DNA from: a virus
Taxonomy: Duplodnaviria; Caudoviricetes
IMG/VR virus record: IMGVR_UViG_3300044981_000018
Location: 1-40,008 of that record
Strand: one strand, 5' to 3'
Length of the DNA stretch: 40,008 bases
In this document: one piece after another, positions 1 through 6,910 of the stretch
Position numbering within the stretch: the first letter of the stretch is position 1
How the letters are laid out: each line of letters begins with the position of its first letter
Translations under genes and position numbers: made by a program
Notes under the pieces: model-generated
What the model saw: only the letters and a program-made list of their open reading frames with translations
What the model was told of the DNA's origin: nothing
Database searches by the model: none

Positions 1-178
<178 letters not shown>

Positions 179-184
179 TAAATC

Positions 185-643
185 ATGACCACTAATACAG
201 ACGCAGTGCCCAACGCTTGGGCTCCGAAACGGATTTGGCTGCAGAACAGCATGGGCGACGAAGGGTCGCATACGTGGTGCTCGCACCCTGTTGGCGACGA
301 CGTTGAGGAAGCCGAATACGTCCGCGCGGATCTCGTGCAGGCAGACCATATTGCGGATGAACGCAATATGGGTGCCGGCGAAGTGCAGGCAGATTCGTGC
401 GCGCGCCTAGTAGCGTTCCACGCCGCGCAACTCGACAGCAATCCGTATTGCTACTTCGAACTTGCCTACACCCGCCAGACCGATTGGATGGCGTGGATTA
501 CGGATCGGCCCGCGCAAGGTGAGCCGGGTACCGCGGCGTACGCAAAATCGCGCAAGGTCATCGTGCGGGGCCAGGGCCCGACTGCACAGGAAGCTTGCGC
601 CGACGCGCTCGCTGCGCTCGCCGCCCGTGACCGCCCCCACTAA
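185..643 (+). CDS. Hypothetical phage protein
   Basis: 152-aa ORF, GAAGGA RBS upstream, follows the Gly-rich ORF. Confidence 0.7.
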   Translation: MTTNTDAVPNAWAPKRIWLQNSMGDEGSHTWCSHPVGDDVEEAEYVRADLVQADHIADERNMGAGEVQADSCARLVAFHAAQLDSNPYCYFELAYTRQTDWMAWITDRPAQGEPGTAAYAKSRKVIVRGQGPTAQEACADALAALAARDRPH

Positions 644-662
644 CAAGTTCGACGTAGGAGCG

Positions 663-860
663 ATGATGACAGACCCTGAAATGAACAAGCTGGTTATCCA
701 GACGGCGCGCGAGGTCGGATTGCGCGTGAATGTCGATGGCAAGATGCTGAACGACAACTACACGAACGTGATGGGCTCGTTCCCGTCACTCGTGCGCTTC
801 GCCCGCGCCCTGACCGCCCAGCAACCAGCAAGCGGAGACAACCCATGGAATGGTTTTTGA
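663..860 (+). CDS. Hypothetical phage protein
   Basis: AGGAG at 656-660 before ATG ATG; MMTDPEMNKLVIQTAREVG... Confidence 0.6.
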   Translation: MMTDPEMNKLVIQTAREVGLRVNVDGKMLNDNYTNVMGSFPSLVRFARALTAQQPASGDNPWNGF

Positions 861-1153
861 TAATTCAGACAGCGCTTAATTTATTGGGCGCCTGCTTAGG
901 TAACAACGGATTGGGTAGGGCGATATGTATTGGCTTTGCCCTTTGGGGCGGCGCAATCCTGCTGCTCAATTTCTTCAACTAGTAGGCGACCATGATCTAT
1001 TTTTGGACGGCCGCCCTGATCCTCGCCTGCGTCGCGGCATTCACGCTCAGCCCATGGGCGATGATCTTCGTCGGCTGCGGAGCGCTTTATCTCGCAGATA
1101 AGGTTGCCAAACCGCGTTAAATGGTATATGACTACCTCGATCAATAATTAATT

Positions 1154-1254
1154 GGGGAAGGGCGCCAATTGGAGGTGCCGACGAAGCCGACGACTTGGGG
1201 ATGGCCGCCAAGAAAAGGTTAGTTGAGAGTGTTCGAATCCTTTCTTCCCCGCCA
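1154..1254 (+). ncRNA. tRNA-like RNA (acceptor, D and T arms, CCA end) without a canonical anticodon arm
   Basis: GGGGAAG(1154-1160)/CTTCCCC(1244-1250) then G and CCA; D-stem CGCC/GGTG with loop AATTGGA; GTTCGAATCC T-loop motif at 1231-1240. Confidence 0.65.
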
Positions 1255-1271
1255 ATTTCAGGAGAGTGACT

Positions 1272-1430
1272 ATGCCAGCGCGAAAAGAGGGCGAGAAGCT
1301 CTCCGACTTCATCAGCAGGTTCGTGAGCAGCAGGCACGAGGAAAAGAAGTTTCCGACAGTTAAGCAACGGCTGGCGGTCGGGTATTCAGAAGCCCGCGAA
1401 TCGGCCAAAAAGGAAAAACGTCATGCCTAA
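1272..1430 (+). CDS. Small basic phage protein (52 aa, MPARKEGEKLSDFISRF...QRLAVGYSEAR)
   Basis: Read manually (below ORF-track cutoff); AGGAG RBS; resembles small proteins near phage head genes. Confidence 0.65.
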   Translation: MPARKEGEKLSDFISRFVSSRHEEKKFPTVKQRLAVGYSEARESAKKEKRHA

Positions 1431-1581
1431 GCAAAGCCAGAAACCAAGTCAGCCGAACGCCAACGTCCGCACTCCGAGCGGCCACTTCAACGCTAATGGC
1501 CAGTCGCAGGGTCAGCAAAGCGGCGCGGTGCGCAAGTCTCCGGATGCCTGCAATGATTGCAACAAGCCCAAGGGGAAATGA
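1423..1581 (+). CDS. Small hypothetical protein (52 aa, low complexity)
   Basis: Read manually; AAGGA RBS, overlaps previous gene. Confidence 0.5.
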   Translation: MPKQSQKPSQPNANVRTPSGHFNANGQSQGQQSGAVRKSPDACNDCNKPKGK

Positions 1582-1583
1582 CC

Positions 1584-1928
1584 ATGCCTCGCGACATATC
1601 TGGAAAGCCGCAGGAATCCAAGGAAGAGAAAGAGCAACGCCGCCGCTGGCAGGCTGAAGACGATTTCCGTGCGCTCGGCAAGGTCGCCGAGATCCACGCC
1701 GATGAAGATCGCAAGAAAGCGGTCATGGAGATGCACCAGGAGCACGCCGACATGCTCGAAACGGTCCTGTCGAAGGAAGGCATCACGCACAAGCCGGACA
1801 ACATGGAATCGCAGGACCAGAGCGCCAGCGGCAGCAAGAAAGCCAAAGCTGGTCATGTGACCGAGAAGAAAGGCGCGACGCCGGGAAAGACGGCGAAAGA
1901 GCCGAACTATTCACGCAAGAGGAACTGA
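1584..1928 (+). CDS. Hypothetical charged protein
   Basis: AGGGG RBS; MPRDISGKPQES...; Lys-rich tail. Confidence 0.65.
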   Translation: MPRDISGKPQESKEEKEQRRRWQAEDDFRALGKVAEIHADEDRKKAVMEMHQEHADMLETVLSKEGITHKPDNMESQDQSASGSKKAKAGHVTEKKGATPGKTAKEPNYSRKRN

Positions 1929-2046
1929 TGAAGGCGCATATCTATCGCCGATATGGCTATTGGATTTTGCATACGCAATATTCGGATATACCCTTCGTCT
2001 CTATCCGCGAAATTCAGGCTTACGCACGAAAATTGGGGGTGATCTG

Positions 2047-2484
2047 ATGAGCGTCAAACTGAACGCCGGCGGCATGGGCGGCGAGTTGACTTCGAATTCG
2101 ATCACCTACGTCGCGCCGGATGAGAAAATCACGCCGATGCATGACTATCTGGTCATCGAGCCACTCGGCGTCCAACACTCTGCCATCCTGACTGTGATTG
2201 AGCATACGAAGCCCCTGCGCGGCATTGTGAAGGCAGCGGGTCGCGGTCATTACCCGCTCTGCTACGACCATCCAGACAAGCACCGCCGAACCAAGATGTG
2301 GCGCAGCAAGACGTTCCAGCCAACTCAATGCAAGCCAGGCGATATCGTAGAACTCGGCGCTGTGAAGCTCGACGGCCGCATGATGGGCTACAGCTTCCAG
2401 CAGTTCTTTTGGGGCAGCAAGATGCATCTGATCTGCCGCGAAGCCGATGTTTCTGGAATCGTTGTTGAGGAAAACGCATCATGA
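2047..2484 (+). CDS. GroES/Cpn10-like co-chaperonin
   Basis: Cpn10-like motifs ITPMHDYLVIEP, GIVKAAGRG, CKPGDIV, LICREADVSGIV. Confidence 0.75.
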   Translation: MSVKLNAGGMGGELTSNSITYVAPDEKITPMHDYLVIEPLGVQHSAILTVIEHTKPLRGIVKAAGRGHYPLCYDHPDKHRRTKMWRSKTFQPTQCKPGDIVELGAVKLDGRMMGYSFQQFFWGSKMHLICREADVSGIVVEENAS

Positions 2485-2666
2485 CCAAACAAGAACGCAA
2501 GCAGGAAAAGCGCCGCCGCCTCGATATCGTGCGCAAGAGCCAAGACGCATGGATCGGCCACTTCGGCCTTGACGCTCCGGCCAACCGCCGCGAGCGCGAT
2601 CGCCGGTTCACCGCAGCTCAGAAGCTCTCGCTGATCATGCAAGGCATCACCGGAGCGGCATCCTAA
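2481..2666 (+). CDS. Hypothetical protein
   Basis: ATGA coupling to previous gene; GAGG RBS. Confidence 0.6.
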   Translation: MTKQERKQEKRRRLDIVRKSQDAWIGHFGLDAPANRRERDRRFTAAQKLSLIMQGITGAAS

Positions 2667-2992
2667 TGGGCTGGCCAGCGGGACGACCCCGCCCGAAGAA
2701 GGCCGATTCACAGAAAGAAGAGAAGTTCGTCGGCAACGAGTTCACCGAGATTTGGATCGATGAATGCCTCGATGCATTCGAGCGCGCGCCCAACACGCCG
2801 CCCGCCGACTGGACCAAGGGCCAACTGCTCAACGTGCGCAACTACGGCCACGCATACATCATCACGGCATATCCTGAAGAATTTCAACAGGACGAGCCGG
2901 AGCGCGCTATCCAGTTCACGAACCCGGGCGAGTGTCAGGACTTCGTAAGTAACTGGTACGCCCGCGAATCCTATAACCCGCTGGCGAGGTAG
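2666..2992 (+). CDS. Hypothetical protein
   Basis: TAATG coupling; GGAG RBS; 108 aa. Confidence 0.65.
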   Translation: MGWPAGRPRPKKADSQKEEKFVGNEFTEIWIDECLDAFERAPNTPPADWTKGQLLNVRNYGHAYIITAYPEEFQQDEPERAIQFTNPGECQDFVSNWYARESYNPLAR

Positions 2993-2995
2993 GCA

Positions 2996-3160
2996 ATGAT
3001 CTATATCGAATGTGACAGGTGGACTGAGGTTCGCCCTGAAACGAAAGCCGACGCAGAGTGGCTAATGAAGAAATATCCCCATTGCTTTCCTTGCGCATAT
3101 ATCTGTATCGCGAAAAAGCAACCGAAATATCCAGTTGCAATTGACCCGCTGGCGAGGTGA
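2996..3160 (+). CDS. Small AT-richer hypothetical protein (54 aa) flanked by a 15-bp direct repeat
   Basis: Read manually: MIYIECDRW...DPLAR*; GAGG RBS; ACCCGCTGGCGAGGT at 2976-2990 and 3144-3158. Confidence 0.55.
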   Translation: MIYIECDRWTEVRPETKADAEWLMKKYPHCFPCAYICIAKKQPKYPVAIDPLAR

Positions 3161-3163
3161 GAG

Positions 3164-3322
3164 ATGTTTGGAGCAGAAATTGGATTTTTGTGCACCATTT
3201 TTATGCAGCATAACTGCACGCATGAAATGACAAAACCACAGGGGCAATGGACGCCGGAAGAATGCGCCGCGACGGCTGCGCGCCAAGCTTCCGATGGCGA
3301 GGTTAGAAATGACCTTATTTGA
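3164..3322 (+). CDS. Small hypothetical protein (52 aa)
   Basis: Read manually: MFGAEIGFLCTIF...; GAGGT RBS. Confidence 0.45.
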   Translation: MFGAEIGFLCTIFMQHNCTHEMTKPQGQWTPEECAATAARQASDGEVRNDLI

Positions 3323-3524
3323 AGAATTGGCCTCCAGCGCTTTGCACTTCCTAGCCAAGACTGCGACGCAGGAGTTTCGCGACAATCTCGATCGCGCCGA
3401 AGCCGTTGAGAATCGCCATCATGCCGACGGCTTCATTGCGCGCAACGCCTACGACATTCAGCGCGACTGCTTCCGCACCTGCATATCCTGCGGCTCCAAA
3501 ACCCAACCTTGCTGCGGGCATTGA
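3309..3524 (+). CDS. Small protein with C-terminal Cys cluster (CxxC...CC)
   Basis: GAGGT RBS; ...TCISCGSKTQPCCGH. Confidence 0.6.
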   Translation: MTLFEELASSALHFLAKTATQEFRDNLDRAEAVENRHHADGFIARNAYDIQRDCFRTCISCGSKTQPCCGH

Positions 3525-3525
3525 G

Positions 3526-3789
3526 ATGAATACAGACGGACTCAAACTACCGCACGGATGCATCGCCGCTCGATTCATCGATAGAATGCGCGAAGTCTAT
3601 GACTACGACATAGCCACTGATGCATATCGTGCAAGGTGGGATACGATAATTCGCGGAAAGCAATTCACAAATTGGGGTCAACCGCTCAATGCAATGGCGG
3701 CTGGGCCGCGCCGCCCGATTGAAGAATGGCTAGAAGATGGGAGAAATGCCGCGCGGGTGGCATTCGAGGCAGAAGAGGCACCAAAGTGA
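3526..3789 (+). CDS. Hypothetical protein
   Basis: MNTDGLKLPHGC...; stop overlaps terS start (GTGA). Confidence 0.6.
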   Translation: MNTDGLKLPHGCIAARFIDRMREVYDYDIATDAYRARWDTIIRGKQFTNWGQPLNAMAAGPRRPIEEWLEDGRNAARVAFEAEEAPK

Positions 3790-4241
3790 AGAAGAAATCC
3801 GACAAGCTCCCTACTGGCCGCCCAAGCACATACAGCGAGGCGACCGCCTCTCTCATCTGCGAGCGCATCGCGGACGGTGAAAGCTTGCGCGCTATTTGCC
3901 GGGACGAGGCGATGCCTGCCAAGTCGACTGTATTCAAGTGGCTGAGCGAGGAGCGCGCGTTCTCGGACCAATACGCCCGCGCACGCGAAGCCCAAGCTGA
4001 CACGATGGCTGATGAGATTCTCGAAATAGCCGACGAGACTGCGTTTGACAGCATTGAGAGCGAAGGGGGCGGACTCAAGCCAGATTCGGAGTGGATCGCC
4101 CGGTCGCGGCTACGTGTTGATGCGCGCAAGTGGCTGGCGAGCAAGATGGCGCCCAAGAAGTACGGCGACAAGATCACGCACGCCGGGGACCCTGACGCGC
4201 CGGTTGCGCTTGTGCTGAATGGGAGTGATATCCATGGATAA
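3786..4241 (+). CDS. terS: Terminase small subunit (Sf6 gp1-like)
   Basis: GRPSTYS...ICERIADGESLRAIC...QYARAREAQAD...RLRVDARKWLASKMAPKKYGDK; upstream of terL. Confidence 0.9.
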   Translation: MKKKSDKLPTGRPSTYSEATASLICERIADGESLRAICRDEAMPAKSTVFKWLSEERAFSDQYARAREAQADTMADEILEIADETAFDSIESEGGGLKPDSEWIARSRLRVDARKWLASKMAPKKYGDKITHAGDPDAPVALVLNGSDIHG

Positions 4242-4422
4242 CAGGATGACGGTATCCGAGCTGATCGAGCATCTGAAGACTTTGCCGCAAGACTATGAGA
4301 TCTGGTCTTATGATGCAGATTATGGTTGCGACGCAGTACAAGCACCAGTCATCCGCGAATCGGTCCTTGTCATACATACCAATTGCCAAGTAAAGATTCT
4401 TGGTGATATGGCGGAACGTTGA
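4234..4422 (+). CDS. Small hypothetical protein between terS and terL
   Basis: GGGAG RBS; MTVSELIEHLKTLPQD motif common in phage small ORFs. Confidence 0.6.
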   Translation: MDNRMTVSELIEHLKTLPQDYEIWSYDADYGCDAVQAPVIRESVLVIHTNCQVKILGDMAER

Positions 4423-6695
4423 TGGATGAATTCAAGCTCACCGAGAAGCAATGCGAGGCTCAGGAGGTCCTGAATGGCCCCGCCACGCATGTGATGCTCG
4501 CTGGCGGCTCTCGCTGCGTATCAGGCGACACCGTGCTAGACGGTCAATGCCTGACCATCGCAGAATTGGCCGCTATTGGACTTCCTGTCCGGGTGATGAC
4601 AAGTCGAGGCGAGCAGATGGGAGATGCCCCTTTCCTGAAGGGGCGAGCAGCTATGCTCAAGATTGATCTGAGTTCGGGGCGCTCGGTGACTGTGACGCCG
4701 GACCATCGGTTCTGGACTGGTTCAGCTTGGCAAGTCGCCTCTGATTTGCGCTATTCGGATTCGGTGGCCGTCCGGTCATTTTCATGCGACCCTCGGGTGT
4801 CCAGTTCGGAATTCGACCCTTCAGCGTCTCTCGGAGATGGTCGGCATTGGACTCGAAAACTCGCAGATTCTCTGGGTCGTTATTTCGCTTGTTTCCATCG
4901 ATATGGTCAACTACTTCGCCTGGATAAAGTGGCCTTCCCAACTGGTCATGCATCACTATTCGATGCTCAGGAGCGTAACCATTCGGATCTGATCCGGCCA
5001 CGCCGCGTCTCTGTACCGCGCGTATTAGATAACCATATGGGCCATCTACAGCGACGCGTCGAAGAAGATAGCCGGATCGATCAACAGTCGTTCCGCCAGC
5101 CCAGCACGGATGATTCTCACCAGTCATATCGATCCGCTGAATCTGAAGACCTCGCTTTCTCGCAAACTTGCGGATCGTCTCGGGGTTCACATCAAGGGCA
5201 TCTGCAATCTCAAGTGCAGTGCGTCCCGAAACAATCCATTCGATCACTAGTAGATGGTTTTGCTTACCGATTTTGCCGGTTCTTTGGTCTTTCATATGAC
5301 ACTCCCGCTGCTGCTGGTTATGAATTGGATAAGGTCTTGAGTATATCTGAAGTCACCGAGATGGAATACTACACCCTCCATGTTCCCGTGACTGAGCAGT
5401 ACTTTGCGAATGGCATCCTCCATCACAACAGTGGCAAGACGTTCCTGACTATCCGCAAGCAGGTGCAACGCCGCCTGAAGGCCCCGGGGTCGCGCGGCGT
5501 GGTGCTGCGCTTCCGGGCAGGCCACGTCAAGCAATCGGTGGTGATGGATACGTTCCCGACCGTGATGCGGAAGTGCTTTCCGGGCGTTGAGTACGATCTG
5601 AACAAGTCGGACATGTACGCGACATTCCCCGGTGGCAGTGAGCTTTGGTTCGGCGGCTTGGATGATGCTGCGCGCGTCGAGAAGATCTTGGGTAACGAGT
5701 ACGCCGATATCTTCCTCAACGAGTGCAGCCAGATCCCATACAACAGCCGCAACATGGCCGTGACGCGTCTGGCTCAGAAGGTGACCGATCGTGCGACAGG
5801 TCTGCCGCTGCGTCTGAAGATGTATTACGATGAGAACCCGCCAGACAAGGGGCACTGGACATATAAGATGTTCAAGCTCCTGCAAGATCCTGAGACCAAG
5901 CACCCGCTCGACAAGAACGACTTCGACTTCTACCGCATCAACCCAGGCGACAACCGGCAGAACCTGTCTGAGAGCTACATCAAAACTCTCGAAGGCCTGC
6001 CGGAGCGCCTACGCAAACGCTTCCTCTATGGAGACTTCCGCGATGCCGCACCGAACGCTCTATTCCGCGATGAATGGCTTGAGAAGTGGCGAAACATCGA
6101 TGGCGAGCTTCCTGACATGCTGCGCATTGTCGTGGCCGTTGATCCTTCAGGCGCTGACGACACGGACAATGTGGACAATGACGCTATCGGCATCGTTGTG
6201 TGCGGACTCGGGATCGACGGTAATGGCTACCTGCTTGAAGACCTCACATGCAAGGCTGGGCCCGGCACGTGGGGCAAGGTAGCGGTGCAGGCATACCAGC
6301 GGTGGGAGGCGGATCGAATCGTCGCTGAGGAGAACTATGGCGGTGCGATGGTAAAGCATGTGATTCGCGCCGCGGCGGCCGAGCTCGGGATTACGATTGT
6401 GCCGTATCGGCCGGTCAAGGCATCGCGCGGCAAGGTCGTGCGGGCTGAGCCAGTATCAGCCCTGGTCGAATCAGGCAAGGTGCGCATGGCCGGCATCTTT
6501 CAGGAGCTTGAAGACGAGCTCTGCGCATTCACGACCAACGGTTACATGGGCGAGAACTCGCCGAACCGTGCGGATGCCGCCATTTGGGGCTTTGCCGACC
6601 TGTTCCCGCAGCTTACGAAGCCCGAAGAAGTCAAGCCGGAACCTAAACAGCAGTTCATACGCCGCAGCGGCGGCAATGGGTGGATGCGGACATGA
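4422..6695 (+). CDS. terL: Terminase large subunit, intein-containing (about 452 aa after splicing)
   Basis: Walker A GGSR^SGKT split by intein; Walker B-like IFLNEC; DENP; RNase H-like nuclease VVAVDPS...NRADA. Confidence 0.93.
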   Translation: MDEFKLTEKQCEAQEVLNGPATHVMLAGGSRCVSGDTVLDGQCLTIAELAAIGLPVRVMTSRGEQMGDAPFLKGRAAMLKIDLSSGRSVTVTPDHRFWTGSAWQVASDLRYSDSVAVRSFSCDPRVSSSEFDPSASLGDGRHWTRKLADSLGRYFACFHRYGQLLRLDKVAFPTGHASLFDAQERNHSDLIRPRRVSVPRVLDNHMGHLQRRVEEDSRIDQQSFRQPSTDDSHQSYRSAESEDLAFSQTCGSSRGSHQGHLQSQVQCVPKQSIRSLVDGFAYRFCRFFGLSYDTPAAAGYELDKVLSISEVTEMEYYTLHVPVTEQYFANGILHHNSGKTFLTIRKQVQRRLKAPGSRGVVLRFRAGHVKQSVVMDTFPTVMRKCFPGVEYDLNKSDMYATFPGGSELWFGGLDDAARVEKILGNEYADIFLNECSQIPYNSRNMAVTRLAQKVTDRATGLPLRLKMYYDENPPDKGHWTYKMFKLLQDPETKHPLDKNDFDFYRINPGDNRQNLSESYIKTLEGLPERLRKRFLYGDFRDAAPNALFRDEWLEKWRNIDGELPDMLRIVVAVDPSGADDTDNVDNDAIGIVVCGLGIDGNGYLLEDLTCKAGPGTWGKVAVQAYQRWEADRIVAEENYGGAMVKHVIRAAAAELGITIVPYRPVKASRGKVVRAEPVSALVESGKVRMAGIFQELEDELCAFTTNGYMGENSPNRADAAIWGFADLFPQLTKPEEVKPEPKQQFIRRSGGNGWMRT
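4515..5429 (+). mobile_element. Class 1 intein (305 aa) in the terL P-loop
   Basis: Block A CVSGDT (Cys1 at 4515), block B VTPDHRF, blocks F/G YTLHV..QYFANGILHHN then Ser+1 (5430); removal restores GGSRSGKT. Confidence 0.93.
4657..5295 (-). CDS. HNH endonuclease with N-terminal HTH, encoded antisense inside the intein
   Basis: EHRIVM...VVDHIDGNKRNNDPENL (HNH_3-type), GENHPCWAGG motif, HTH-like ALEIADALDVNPETIRKFARKRG; GGGAG RBS 6 nt before ATG on the minus strand. Confidence 0.88.
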   Translation of the reverse strand: MKDQRTGKIGKQNHLLVIEWIVSGRTALEIADALDVNPETIRKFARKRGLQIQRIDMTGENHPCWAGGTTVDRSGYLLRRVAVDGPYGYLIRAVQRRGVAGSDPNGYAPEHRIVMHDQLGRPLYPGEVVDHIDGNKRNNDPENLRVFESNADHLRETLKGRIPNWTPEGRMKMTGRPPNPNSANQRRLAKLNQSRTDGPASQSPSAPNSDQS

Positions 6696-6907
6696 CAATG
6701 GGAGCTTATGCAAGCAGTCCCGACTCGCTGGATGACGACGGGTCTGTGTTAGAGGCGCTAGAGAGTGCGCGCATCGTATGCTTCGATCAGCGCGGCGATA
6801 AAGTTTTTGTCGAAGAGGGATGCGATAACTATTTCTGTCGATCCATCACCAAAGAACAATTGGCGCGGCTGATTGCTGAGCTTTGCGTCATCCATGACCG
6901 GATGTGA
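6692..6907 (+). CDS. Small hypothetical protein between terL and portal
   Basis: ATGA overlap with terL stop. Confidence 0.55.
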   Translation: MTMGAYASSPDSLDDDGSVLEALESARIVCFDQRGDKVFVEEGCDNYFCRSITKEQLARLIAELCVIHDRM

Positions 6908-6910
6908 CCT

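Noticed and set aside
896-1144. 82-aa minus-strand ORF
   Set aside because: No recognisable motif or clear RBS, and it overlaps the promoter-like region of the tRNA-like RNA; cannot be supported, though not excluded
1154-1254. Calling the tRNA-like element a functional tRNA (Ser/Sec/suppressor)
   Set aside because: No pairable anticodon stem at canonical positions and position 8 is G, so no anticodon can be assigned
5292-5903. 203-aa antisense ORF whose stop overlaps the HNH start (ATGA)
   Set aside because: No motifs; codon-aligned shadow of terL typical of GC-rich DNA; ATG followed by A creates the overlap automatically
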